From Heterodontus francisci (Eukaryota): a stretch of 64,000 bases of DNA. A program made the position numbers and the translations under genes. The notes under the pieces were generated by a model. It was not told where the DNA came from. It saw nothing but the letters and a program-made list of their open reading frames with translations, and did not search any database. Where the stretch lies: the NCBI RefSeq assembly GCF_036365525.1, contig NC_090404.1, positions 3,782,001-3,846,000 on the forward strand, in the 5' to 3' direction. Shown here in pieces: positions 1-12,240 of this stretch; position 1 is the first letter of the stretch; the number at the start of each line of letters is the position of its first letter.

Positions 1-22
1 TCATTAGAATTATTCAGGTCTT

Positions 23-1040
23 CCCCACTTCGCCGACCTCTGTCTACATTCCCCACCTCACCTACCTCTGTCTACGTTCCCCACCTCGCCTACCTCTGTC
101 TACATTCCCCACCTCGCCTACTTCTGTCTACATTCCCCACTTCGCCGACCTCTGTCTACATTCCCCACTTCGCCGACCTCTGTCTACATTCCCCACCTCG
201 CCTACCTCTGTCTACATTCCCCACCTCGCCTACCTCTGTCTACATTCCCCACTTCGCCGACCTCTGTCTACATTCCCCACCTCGCCTACTTCTGTCTACA
301 TTCCCCACCTCGCCTACCTCTGTCTACATTCCCCACCTCGCCTACCTCTGTCTACATTCCCCACCTCGACTACCTCTGTCTACATTCCCCACCTCGACTA
401 CCTCTGTCTACATTCCCCACCTCGCCTACCTCTGTCTACATTCCCCACCTCGACTACCTCTGTCTACATTCCCCACCTCGCCTACCTCTGTCTACATTCC
501 CCACCTCGCGTACCTCTGTCTACATTCCCCACCTCGCCTACCTCTGTCGACATTCCCCACCTCGCCTACCTCTGTCTACATTCCCCACCTCGACTACCTC
601 TGTCTACATTCCCCACCTCGACTACCTCTGTCTACATTCCCCACCTCGCCTACCTCTGTCTACATTCCCCACCTCGCCTACCTCTGTCTACATTCCCCAC
701 CTCGACTACCTCTGTCTACATTCCCCACCTCGACTACCTCTGTCTACATTCCCCACCTCGCCTACCTCTGTCTACATTCCCCACCTCGCCTACCTCTGTC
801 TACATTCCCCACCTCGCCTACCTCTGTCTACATTCCCCACCTCGCCTACCTCTGTCAACATTCCCCACCTCGACTACCTCTGTCTACATTCCCCACCTCG
901 CCTACCTCTGTCTACATTCCCCACCTCGACTACCTCTGTCTACATTCCCCACCTCGCCTACCTCTGTCTACATTCCCCACCTCGACTACCTCTGTCTACA
1001 TTCCCCACCTCGACTACCTCTGTCTACATTCCCCACCTCG
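23..1040. repeat. 28-bp minisatellite (CCCCACCTCGCCTACCTCTGTCTACATT)n, about 36 copies
   Basis: Unit recurs with 28-nt period (e.g. 303 then 331); variants CGCC/CGAC. Confidence 0.97.
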
Positions 1041-1080
1041 AGTCTCAAAAAGATTCTTCCTTTTGTAACCTCAAAGCTTA

Positions 1081-2300
1081 TCACCTGGTCAGTGCAAACA
1101 TTTCCATTCTATTTTTTCTCCTTGTAACCTGTCTCTGAGCTCTCTGCATCAAACAGACCATCAATATAAGGGTTATTATTATCATCTGTAAAACCAAGAG
1201 GAAAGCTGAGGCTGTAATTATCCCGGGATGTTGTCCTGCATTGTATCCTATCTCCCACTGGGGCTGATCACTCAGAGTGGGAATAAACCGCTCATTGTTA
1301 TTGTTTTTGTGATTGCCTCTGTCCCAGATGTTGTTCAATATAGATTTAAGATTCAGAGAAAGGGGTGGAATTGGATGGTCAAAACTGCTCGCAGTCCCTG
1401 AAGGGTCATGTTTACTTGAATTTTTCTAACATTGTGGCCCCTACAGGCAGCAACACTTTGTTCCGATTTTAGTCAGCTTGGTTGCTGTGAGGCAAAGTGT
1501 TGTCCACCTGATGGGACAGGAAATGTCCCCGCGTGTGTTTGTGCTGCTTCTCATCAGCTGTAACACAAACCTTCCTCTCTCCAAACAGACGATATATGGT
1601 CCTCTGAAAATCCCATCGAGTGATTTGAATGGTACAATTCAAAGATTCTTCATCAGGGTGAAACCACAGGCTGACCGTGCGCTTGATAAAACCTGACATC
1701 AGCATAACCAGGCCCTACTTCTCCCGGAACAACATAAAGTGTCTGGAGCTTTCCACATCCCTTCCTTTCCCTTCACTCAGCTCCTTGGATAGTTCACAAA
1801 TTCTTTGTTACATCATCCCCCAACATGCCTGTGGTCTCCGCTTTAAATACTTCCTTCAGTCTTACACCAATAGATAGCAATGGGATTGCTGCTATCACAG
1901 GAATCAGTTCGGAAATAATGTCACTGATTGCAAGGCTTCCTGGAGTAATACGCTGATCCAAATCTTCCCACCTAACACCAATCCATATCCCCATAAGAGT
2001 TCCATATTTTAATTTGATTGCCTGACATAGAATACATTTATCATTTAATCCCTTTGAACCCCTCCATACAACCTGCAAAAGATTGCGTCTTTGAGATCAT
2101 TGTTTCTTCATAGTCTCTGTTATTCTGAATGTTGATAGTATTAACCTTACCTCTAAACTGTCCTAACTCTTATGCCAATGTATTTATCGAAATCAGGGAC
2201 TCGCTTTTTTCTAATGGTGACATCCCCTGTCTGCCCAGTTATTCCTTTAAGCCAGTCCTTCAATTGTTTGTGCATTGTTACATTGTGTTCCTCATTGTCT
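1081..2300 (-). pseudogene. Possible decayed retroviral/retroelement envelope (class I fusion) gene
   Basis: Minus strand: RKKR furin-like site (2201-2212), broken ORF pieces with Cys and an NCT sequon, and a C-terminal hydrophobic helix FLLVLQMIIITLILMVCLM followed by a basic tail (ORF 1081-1338). Many stops and frameshifts. Confidence 0.35.
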
Positions 2301-2626
2301 TTATGTCAATTCAGCTAAATCTCCTCCTGTGTTGTGCTTCGTAAAACTGTCCACCATTTCTCTTAACGATTAAAATCTCCATACATTTGATGACATAAAT
2401 CAGATGACAAGCTTACAGAAGAAAAATTGAACAGAGTGGGAATAATCCGCTCTTCCCAATGTTCAATTGGAGGAAACGGCTGTTCATCTAGTACTGGATG
2501 TCAGACAAGTCAGGACTGTGTGTGGCTTGGAGGGAACTTAGAGGTGATGGTGTTCACATACACCTGTTGCCCTGGTCCTTCTAGATGGTGGAATTCGAGG
2601 GTCTGGTAGGTTCTGTCATTACTCTG

Positions 2627-3267
2627 TGGTGGGGAAGAGACGGTTGCCCACCTCCTCCTGGAATGTGTCTTTGCAAAGCAGGTGTGGAAAGAGATGCAGT
2701 GGTTTTTGTCGCGCTTCATCTCAAGCAGCTCTGTAACACAGGAGTCTGTGTCTCTACGGGCTATTCCCAGGGACGCACACTGAGACAAATATCAACTGCT
2801 GCTGGAGGACCATCAATTCGGTGAAAGACGGCCTTTGGTCTGCCCGAAACTTGCTGGTCTTCCAGCGCAAAGAGTTGTCCACCACCGAATGTTGCAGACT
2901 AGCACATTCCAAGGTCCAGGACTACGTGCTGAGGGACGCACTAAAGCTTGGGGCAGCCGCAGCAAAGGCTCAATGGGGAAAGACCACAGGGTAAGGTCCC
3001 CCCACCAAGCTGAACTGAGGGGCTGGATCCATGGGAAACCCCTTGAACTGTATCGGAAAAATTTTCATTTGCTGTAAAATGTAAAAATGTTTATGGCATG
3101 ACAAATGTGAAATGGAAGGGTTGTGAGGCAACTCATGATTGTAATGAAGCAAACGGACCGCCTTTGCACTGTTTGTATTTTTGACTTGGTGCTGTTTGAA
3201 ACTGTTTGGCAATGTATTTTTCACGGATTTTTATGAATAAAGTATATTTTGGAAATTTAAAAAAAAA
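2627..3267 (+). mobile_element. 5'-truncated Tx1/L1-clade LINE 3' end with poly(A)
   Basis: Homologous to the 5690-7550 element (Cys-rich C-terminus ...AAAKAQWGKTT); AATAAA plus poly(A); TSD ATTACTCTG at 2618-2626 and 3268-3276. Confidence 0.9.
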
Positions 3268-3582
3268 ATTACTCTGCTCGTGTTGTAGATATATAAAATC
3301 CCTCTCCTTTGCTCCTTGCCTCTTCCACCTCTCCCTCTCTGTCCTCCCATAGAGGGCAGAGTCTTGTGTAGGTCCAGACTGGGTGGCAGGTTCCCTTCCC
3401 TGAAGGACATCAATGAACTAGTTTTTTTTTACAACAATCCAGCAGCTTCTATGGTCACTTTTTCCCAGGGCTGGCCCCATACATTACCCCACAGATTCAT
3501 TCAGCTCACTTTCACAACCTGCCTTTGTGTTTTTGTGAGTTCTCTCACACTCCCTTTTTCCTGTTTTAAATCAATTTCACAG

Positions 3583-4385
3583 GGTATTGGAAGGGGAGAA
3601 TTTGCAGTCAGGAAATTCAAAACAAAAGATCACATCATGTTCTGTTGGGCTTATCGTAACCTGAATATCATCGAAATTTGAGCATGGAAGGAAAAAGCAC
3701 CGATCACAATGGAGACAAACCATACACGCGTTCAGTGTGTGGACGAGGTTTCAGCCGATCATGTGGCCTGTTGAGACACAAGCACAGTCACACCGGGGAG
3801 GAACCGTGTAAATATGGGGGCTGTGGAAAGGGATTCAATTATCCAGTTGAGCTGGAAACTCATCCACACAGTCAGATCCTGGAGAGGCTGTTTACCTGCT
3901 CCGTGTGTGGGAAGAGATTCACTGGGTCATCCAACCTCCGGAAACACCGGCAAGTTCACACTGGCAAGAAACCTTTTAAATGTCCAGACTGTGGGAATTG
4001 CTATAAACATCCCTCTCAATTGAGGTCCCATCAACGTGTTCACACTGATGAGAGACCGTTTAGCTGCTCTCAATGTGGAACTGGATTCAAGCGATCAAGC
4101 AACCTCACTGTACACTAGCGTATTCACACTGGAGAGAGGCCGTTCACCTGCTCCGAGTGTGGGCAGGGATTCACTCGGTCATCCCACCTGCTGAGACACC
4201 AGCGAATTCATACTGGGGAGAGGATTTACGTCTGCTTCTTTTGTGGGAAGGGATTTGCTTGTTCATCCACCCTGCTGACACACCATCGACGTCACACTGG
4301 GGAGAAGCCATTCATCTGCTCTGTGTGTGGGAAGAGATTTGCTCATTCGTGCCAGCTGCTGACACATGAGTGACTTCACAAGTAA
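3583..4385 (+). pseudogene. C2H2 (Kruppel-type) zinc-finger exon with premature stops
   Basis: Acceptor ttcacag ends at 3582; ATG at 3684; TGEKP/TGERP-linked fingers; in-frame TAG at 4116-4118 and TGA at 4371-4373; first two fingers have mutated Cys. Confidence 0.88.
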
Positions 4386-4431
4386 CTACAGTGAATGGAT
4401 TCTGCTGTTAATCACATCCAGGACTGAATCA

Positions 4432-5310
4432 TGTTATCACACTCACGAGAAGTGCAGCAATGAAAATACAGAATTAAACTGAAGAGTTACAAAAAATAAC
4501 AATTTTAAAAGACTGGTACATTTACTGTCGACAAAATGGAGGACAAGTCACATGACCCATACCATCTCCTGCATTAAAATCCACATCAATGTCTGCTGGA
4601 ACAGAAATCAATTAACTCAGTCCCGCATGGAAATGAGGCAGCTTATCACACATGGATGTGAATTATACACAAAGCGAGCTAAGACAAAGGCACTCCCCAG
4701 ACACTACATCTCCAGCTACTCTTCACCACAATTGAGCATGAACAGCCCCCATTTTATGAAAATGGGGCCATCAAAGTCTATTGTACCAGCTTATCGCCTA
4801 AAGTCACATGGGCGAAACTAACACTTGAGTTCACCTTTAAAGGTTATCATTTTGAAGAAAAAGCGGTCTTTCTAGTTCAGAACATCTGTCATCAACATCA
4901 GTCTGGGCTCTGTCGCTACAAAGTCAACATCAAAAGACATCTTGAATTCCAGCACAAGGCTGAGAGAGAGAGAGATCAGTTCCAGCTGATACCGTTGAAC
5001 CCTGCTGAGACAAGTTGGAAGCCAACTGCAACAGAGAAAAGACAGTGCCTTTTAAACAACTCCTTCACCTGTGAAAACTGAATTAAGAAATCAGCACCGT
5101 CTTCGAACTGTCGTCTTCAACCCAGCAAATCCAAGTCAACCAGCAAAAAGGCCTGCAACTTTCAAACTCACCTTCCTTGAGTATCCCACAGGTTTTACCT
5201 GAAACAACAGACTTTTACACCTTGAACACTTAACATCCCTTACCCTTTGTCTTTTTATCAATCTTGAGTGTGCGTGTGAGAGTGAATACGTGTGTGAACA
5301 TTTCGGGTGA
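4432..5310. mobile_element. Probable LTR fragment inserted in the ZNF 3' UTR
   Basis: Begins TGTTA exactly where homology to other ZNF 3' UTRs breaks; LTR-like composition; no clear second terminus. Confidence 0.3.
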
Positions 5311-5339
5311 TGAATATTGTTCAGGGGAGCAGGGAACAC

Positions 5340-5688
5340 GGAGACAGAGAGAGGGGGGAGGGGAGGGGAAGAGAGAGCCAGAGTGATGGGGGAGACAGAG
5401 AGGGGGAGAGAGACAGAGAGAGATGGGGGAGAGAGTCGGTGCGGGGGGAAAGACAGAGAAGGAGAGAGAGACAGAGAAGGAGGGAGAGATGGGGGGGAGA
5501 AAGAGAAGGGGAGAGAGAGTGGTGAGACAGAGAGAGAGAGAGAGAGACAGGATGGGGAGAGAGAGATGGGGAAAGGGAGGCAAACAAAGGGGAGGAGGCA
5601 GAGAGAGGGGAAGAGAGAGACAGGCAGGGGAGAAACAGACAGAGAGAGGAGGGAGAGGGAGACAGAGAGGGGAGGGGAGGAGAAAGAG
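5340..5688. repeat. GA-rich low-complexity tract
   Basis: Purine-rich GAGA/GGGA repeats. Confidence 0.9.
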
Positions 5689-5689
5689 A

Positions 5690-7550
5690 TTTTTTTTTTT
5701 TTTTTTAATTTCCAAAATATACTTTATTCATAAAAATCTGTAAAAATTACATTGCCAAACAGTTTCCAAACAGCACCAAAAAATACAAACATTGCAAGGG
5801 AGATCAGTTTCCTTCAATACTGTCATGAGTTTCTTCCCAACCCTTCCGTTTCACAATTGTCATGTCAATTACAGTTTTACATTTACAGCAATTGAGAATA
5901 TTAACGATACAGTTCGAGGGGTTTCCCATGGATCCAGCCCCTCAGTCCAGCTTGGTGGGGGAACCTTACACTGTGGTCTTTCCCCATTGAGCCTTTGCTG
6001 CGGCTGCCCCAAGCTTTAGTGCGTCCCTCAGCACGTAGTCCTGGACCTTGGAATGTGCCAGTCTGCAACATTCGGCGGTGGACAACTCTTTGCGCTGGAA
6101 GACCAGCAAGTTTCGGGCAGACCAAAGGGCGTCTTTCACCGAATTGATAGCCCTCCAGCAGCAGTTGATGTTTGTCTCGGTGTGCGTCCCTGGGAACAGC
6201 CCGTAGAGCACAGACTCCTGTGTTACAGAGCTGCTTGGGATGAACCTTGACAAAAACCACTGCATCTCTTTCCACACCTGCTTTGCAAAGGCACATTCCA
6301 GGAGGAGGTGGGCGACCGTCTCTTCCCCACCACAGCCAACGCGGGGGCACTGTGCGGAGGGGGCGAGACTTCGGGTATGCATGAAGGATCTGACGGGGAG
6401 GGCCCTTCTCACCACCAGCCAAGCTACGTCTTGGTGCTTGTTTGAAAGTTCTGGTAATGAGGCATTCCGCCAAATGACTTTGACGGTCTGCTCGGGGAAC
6501 CATCCGACAGGATCCACCGTTTCCTTTTCCCGTAGGGCCTTGAGGACATTCCGTGCAGACCACTGCCTGATGGACCGGTGGTCAAAGGTGTTTTTCCGCA
6601 GAAACTGCTCCACGAAGGATAGGTGGTACGGCGCCGCCCAACTGCATGGTGCGTTCCGCGGCAATGTGACCAGGCCCATCCTTCGCAACACCGGGGACAG
6701 ATAGAACCTCAGCACGTAGTGACACTTGGAGTTTGCGTACTGGGGATCGACACATAGCTTGATGCAGCCGCACACGAAGGTGGTCATCAGGATGAGGGCC
6801 ACGTTGGGTACATTTTTCCCGCCCATGTCCAGAGATTTGAACATCGTGTCCCTCCGGACCCGGTCCATTTTAGATCCCCAGACGAAGCGGAAAATGGCTC
6901 GGGTGACTGCCACGGCGCAGGAGTGGGGTATGGGCCAGACCTGCGCCACGTAGAGCAACAACGTGAGCGCCTCGCACCTGATGACCAGGTTCTTACCCCC
7001 AATGGAGAGAGATCGCTGCCCCCACATGCCCAACTTTTGTCGTACCTTGGCTACTCGCTCCTCCCATGTTTTGGTGCACGCCCCGGCCCTTCCGAACCAT
7101 ATCCCCAGCACCTTCAGGTAATCTGACCTGACGGTGAAGGGGACAAAGGATCGGTCAGCCCAGTTCCCAAAGAACATGGCCTCGCTCTTGCCGTGGTTAA
7201 CTTTGGCTCCCGAGGCCAGTTCGAACTGGTCGCAGATGCTCATCAGTCTGCGCACGGACAGCGGATCCGAGCAGAAGACGGCGACGTCATCCATGTACAG
7301 GGAGGTTTTGACCTGAGTGCCTCCGCTGCCTGGGATTGTCACCCCTCTTATGCTCGCATCCTTCCTGATAGACTCAGCAAAGGGTTCAATACAGCAAACA
7401 AACAAGACCGGGGACAGAGGACAGCCCTGTCTGACTCCAGATTGGATCGGGAAACTTTCCGATTCCCACCCGTTGATTGACACTGCGCTACTGATGTTTG
7501 TGTAGAGCAGTTGGATCCAATTGCAGATTCCCTCCCCAAACCCCATTTTG
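5690..7550 (-). mobile_element. Tx1/L1-clade non-LTR retrotransposon, 5'-truncated, with uninterrupted RT C-terminal half (ORF 5966-7546)
   Basis: GVRQGCPLSP and YMDD RT motifs, C-terminal CPR..C..ETVAHLLLEC zinc knuckle, poly(A) seen as T run at 5690-5706. Confidence 0.95.
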
Positions 7551-7842
7551 GAAAGTTGGCCCGCAGGCTAAATGTTGGTCAACCCCGCTCTAGACAGGAC
7601 AACAACCTCCTCTTCATAGACAGGTGACACCAGCTGTGAGGTGATGGTGAATCTGGGGAGATCAATGGGTGAACACAGTGTGTGTTGCCATTTTAATGAT
7701 AATCCTAACCTAAAGAAACTAACTGACCCCTGGAGTGAAATATGAAACATAAAATTTAATTTGGAGCAAATCAGATCCAGCATTGTCTTCCTCACACATG
7801 ACTGTCAAGATGGCCCATGTTATCGAGGCTGGTTTTTTAAAT

Positions 7843-8188
7843 TTTATTTATGTATTTAGAGATGCAGCACTGAAACAGGCCCTTTGGCCCACCGAGTCTG
7901 TGCCGACCAACAACCACCCATTTATACTAATCCTACATTAACCCCATATTCTCTACCACATCCCCACCATTCTCCTACCATCTACCTACACTAGGGGCAA
8001 TTTATAATGGCCAATTTACCTATCAACCTGCAAGTCTTTGGCTTGTGGGAGGAAACCGGAGCACCCGGAGGAAACCCACACAGACACAGGGAGAACTTGC
8101 AAACTCTGCACAGGCAGTACCCAGAACTGAACCCGGGTCGCTGGAGCTGTGAGGCTGCGGTGCTAACCACTGCGCCACTGTGCCGCCC
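7843..8188 (-). mobile_element. HE1-like tRNA-derived V-SINE
   Basis: tRNA-like head (GTGGCGCAGTGG...GGGTTC), V-domain GGGTTTCCTCCGGGTGCTCCGGTTTCCTCCCAC, CR1-like tail; near-identical to 43073-43424. Confidence 0.88.
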
Positions 8189-8724
8189 ATGGAGCAGGGA
8201 ATGGGGACATGGAGCAGGGAACACGGAGCGAGGGAGACAGGCCCCTGGACAGGGCCTGACCCAGCATCGACAGGACAGGACATTCCACTGGGAGGTGATA
8301 TAAAGCTGAATTAACACTCACATGTATCATTTTCTTGTTTAATTAATTTTACAATGAGATTCAGTGGATATTTCCTGTCGGGTTACCTTTCAGCTGAAGG
8401 AAAGATAAACATTTTCATATCACCAATCACATCAATGTTCACTATATCGGACAGCACTGGCAAACTTCCCTGCAAGTGCCTTTAACAGGATAATTTAGGT
8501 GTGGGGTCCGTGATTACTAATCCATTTGAAAAGGGGTCCTTCAACCAAAAATCTTTCCGAATCACTGCTGTTAACTTGATGTAACTCTATTGGCTCACTG
8601 TAATTCTCTGTAACTTTATGTGACTATGTCTTTGACTCCTGATGTAGCTGGAAAAGCTTTTTCTATTCTTTTCCAAAGATCTCTTAGCTTTTGCTTTTGT
8701 GTGCTTAATAAAAAAATCTGCAAT

Positions 8725-8992
8725 TGAAAGCTAGTCTCAGTAATGGTGCCATGAAACTATCATCGATTGCCATAAAAACCCATCTGGCTTACTAACGTCC
8801 TTTAAGGAAGGAAATCTTCTGTCCTTACCTGGTCTGACCTACATGTGACTCCAGACCCACAGCAATGTGGCTGACTCTTAACTGCCCTCTGAAATGGCCT
8901 AACAAGCCATTCCGTTCAAGGGCAACTAGGGATGGTCAACAAATACTGGCCTTGCTAGCAATGCCCAAATCTCATGAAAGATTAAAAGAAAA
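8725..8992 (+). mobile_element. SINE body and tail sharing its 3' end with the 12.2-14.2 kb LINE family
   Basis: Tail TCAAGGGCAA.TAGGGATGG.CAA.AAAT.CTGGCC matches 14179-14235; other copies at 44500-44985 and 58380-58545. Confidence 0.75.
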
Positions 8993-10289
8993 TTGTGGTG
9001 ATATTTGTCCGTATTCTCTTGGAAACTGAATTAATCTTGTTCCAAACTGGGTTCAATGTAAGAGAATTTGGGGAGTCAGGCATCATCCACCCCGAGACCT
9101 ACACTGGCAGGTAAAACCCCAGAGAGTTCCTTCATAAGGATTCCTCTGGTTCCTCACCATATATCTGTCAGGATAGTGAAACCCAACCCAGCTTTCTTAC
9201 AGTCCACTCCTGGAGGTCCCAATCCCTGAGCGGGGTCCATGGTGGAGTTCCACAGCGGGAGTGATCCCGGCTGGGATCTCACCCCCTTCCGAGTCGTGTA
9301 TTTTTAGTTATCCTGATGTCTAACACACACATCAATAATGCAAGGAATTCCTGGAAACATGTTGCAGGTCCGACTTTATCTGGAGAGCAAATGACTGTTG
9401 TGTAATTATACGAGCAGTTCACAGGCTCCTGTAAACTCTCTCTGCTATTTTCATGCAGACTTTATTCATTTTAAAAGGGTTTATTTTTAGGGGTGAGAGC
9501 GGCCAAAGAGCAAAAGGTCTGAAAATTAATGGCCAAAGACAAAAAAGTCTGAATTTTCTTTTTTGACAAAGAATCATGTAATTATAACAATGGAAATGAT
9601 CTGTAATGGATGCAAATGCTTCCAGACCACTTCAGATGTGCAGAACCATTTGTTTTCCCTTTGTTTACCTTCGATGATCATCAAGACGGTGGACCAATGC
9701 ATTTGTATAAAATTACCAACGTGACCTCAGCATTCCAACATTTCAGTATTTAATCCAGTTAGTACATCATGTAATTATGAAGGATGAACTAAATTTTAAA
9801 CACCAGACTGTCAGTTCTGATTTTTTTTTTAAAAGCCGGCCGGAAAACCACGAAGCTGCCCCGAAGGTCAGAAGCAGCAGTTCCTGCTCGCAGCAACTGT
9901 CAGTTGAAATTGACAGCTCCGTTTTTTAAAAGCTGGTATTTTGGGTCTGAAGGTCAGAAACTGCAGTCTTTTCATGTGAGAGGCCACATTACCATTTTTG
10001 TCCGATATCGGGGGTCGATGAGCAAATTTCAGAAAAATAAAGGCATTAAAAATGCATTTTACTTTTCATCAAAACAACAAAAAATGTGAATTTTTATGAA
10101 CAAGCTTTAAATGAGAAGACTAATCTATTAACTTACTTTCTCGTCACTATGTTGAACACTGATTTACTGAGATAGCTGGCATTATTTTTACTTGCACAAG
10201 TTGTCAATGTTTGTCCTCACACTTGATGTAGTGATGGGAGTATTCCGGATAGATGTCCATCTGTCAGGAGTAATTTTGAGCGCTCTCAC

Positions 10290-10770
10290 TACCCCCTCTC
10301 TCTCTCTGTCTTTCTCCCTCTTCCCCATCTCTCTCTCTCTACTTCAGTCTCTCTTTCTGTGTGTGTCTCTCGCTATGTCTCTTTCTCCCCCTCTCTCTCT
10401 CCCTCTTCCCCATCTCTCTGTCTGTATGTCTCTTTCCCTCTCTCTATGTGTCTCTGTCTCTCTTTCCTCTCTGACTGCATCACTATGACTCTCTCTCCCC
10501 ATGTCTATGTCTCTCTCTGTCCCCTCTTTTTCTTTGTGTCTCTCCCTCCCCCTCTCTGTCTTCCCCATCTCTCTCTCTTTGTGTCACTTTCTCCACTTCT
10601 CTCTCTCTCCCTCTCTTTGTGTGTGTCTCTCTCTCTGTCTCTTTGCTCTCTGTCTGTGTCACTATGACTCTCTCTCCCCATGTCTGAGTGTGTGTCTCTC
10701 TCTCCACCACCCCACCCCTCCCCCCTTTCTGTTATTCCTCTCTCTCTGTCCATCTCTCTCTCTCCCCCTC
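10290..10770. repeat. CT-rich low-complexity tract
   Basis: Pyrimidine-rich TCTC/TGTC repeats. Confidence 0.9.
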
Positions 10771-10929
10771 TGCTCCCTGGGCCGGTGCTGGTTTAAAGGG
10801 CTGCCTGACTCTGTGTGCTCCCTCAGTGCTGGTCCTGCCCACGCCTCTGGCTATGTGTTGGCTCGCCTCCTCCCCTCCCCTCGCCCTCGCCCTCTCTTCT
10901 CTGCAGCAGCCATTCCCATTGACTCGCTC

Positions 10930-11125
10930 ACTCACCGATCCGCCTGAAAACAGCAGGAGCGGCCGAACCCAGCCCGCCTCCGCTGCGAACCACCAATCAG
11001 CGCTCACCCTGCCCAAGCAGCCGGTTGTCAGTCACAGACACTGACCAATAACAGACGGGATCGCATTGAAAGCTTTGGCAGCCTGGAAGAAGCCACTGAT
11101 CAATTTCCAATAACCCCAATGTCGG
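10930..11125 (-). promoter_or_regulatory. CpG-rich, CCAAT-box promoter-like region with candidate non-coding first exon
   Basis: CCAAT at about 10993, 11045, 11108 and 11117; GC box CCCGCC; minus-strand donor CG|GTGAGT at 10930-10937. Confidence 0.45.
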
Positions 11126-11159
11126 ACATCTGCCATTTGGCGGAAATTTCTCATCCCTG

Positions 11160-11680
11160 TATTTTAAGTGAATTAAGACCTGTGTTAAAATGATGGACTC
11201 AGGACTGACACACAGACATGCTAAATCTTTGTAGAATAATTACCACAGTCCTTTCCACTTTCGGTCAGGAACAGATCACAGTTTTACACCAATCTCTGAC
11301 TTGACAGCACGTTTCCAGCATTCACCGTTGTTCTTCCTGACTCTAAAAACACAGTTGTAAAAGAGCCTTCTGTTTCTTGTCTAGGAGCTCAGAACCATGG
11401 AAGTGAGCGGTTGGGACACATTTCTTACACGACTCAGGATTTACCCACACAGGATCTTTGCTGCTCGTGAAAAGAGACGAAAAAGACCCAAGTGCCCTTT
11501 GTCCTTCTCAGTGTTGCCCCTGAAGGACTGTGTCCAGGCTGAAGTTCTGTTCCTGCCGTACCATCCTCCCCCCAGATTGTCCTTTGAGCTCCAGCCAGGT
11601 GATGTTAAACACTCAGGTGGGAAGGACAAAAATCTACAACAATGTGTTGAAAACAAAGATGATTTATTTCAAATCTTTCA
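11160..11680 (-). repeat. ZNF downstream-flank module (inverted paralog of 22735-23270)
   Basis: Reverse complement aligns by eye over about 500 bp with 22735-23270 and partly with 60385-60620. Confidence 0.85.
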
Positions 11681-11739
11681 GCTGGAACCTCCAGCCCAGT
11701 TAGAGGGTTTATGAAAATCAGTAAAAACCCCAATTATCA

Positions 11740-12240
11740 GAATAGAAATTTACAGCACAGAAGGAAGCCATTCTGTCCATCATATGTGTGCCAGCTAAAA
11801 TAAGAGCTACCCAGCCTGATCCCACTTTCCAGCCCTTGGTCTATAGCCCTGTAGGTTACAGCACCTCAAGTGTGTATCCAAGTATTGTTTTTTCAAATGT
11901 GATTAAGGTTTCTGCCTCTACCACCCTTTCAGGCAGTGAGTTCCAGACCCTCACCACCCTCTGGGTGAAATGATTTCTCCACTCCCCTCTAAATGCTTCT
12001 GTCAATTACTTTTAATCTATGCTTCCTTCTTATTGATCTCCAAGGGAAACAGCTCCTTCCTATTCAACCTGTCCAGGCCCCTCATCATTTTAGACACCTC
12101 AATTAAATCTCTCCTCGGCCTCCTCTGTTCCAACGAAAACAATCTGAGCCTCGTCAATCTTTCCTCATAGCTAAAATTCTCCATTCCTGGAAACATACTC
12201 ATAAATCTCCCTTGTACCCTCTCTGGTGCAATCATACATT
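11740..12240 (-). mobile_element. CR1 LINE 3' fragment
   Basis: ERVQGRF..YEERL..LFSLEQRR..DLIEV motif and CR1 tail. Confidence 0.85.

Noticed and set aside
23-1040. CRISPR-like array (also considered for the 39-, 27- and 67-bp repeats)
   Set aside because: Units are head-to-tail with no unique spacers, there are no cas genes, and the context is vertebrate.
5230-5743. Arg/Glu-rich and Leu/Ser-rich ORFs (also 10192-10947, 50096-50489, 37154-37588)
   Set aside because: They are translations of microsatellite or satellite DNA.
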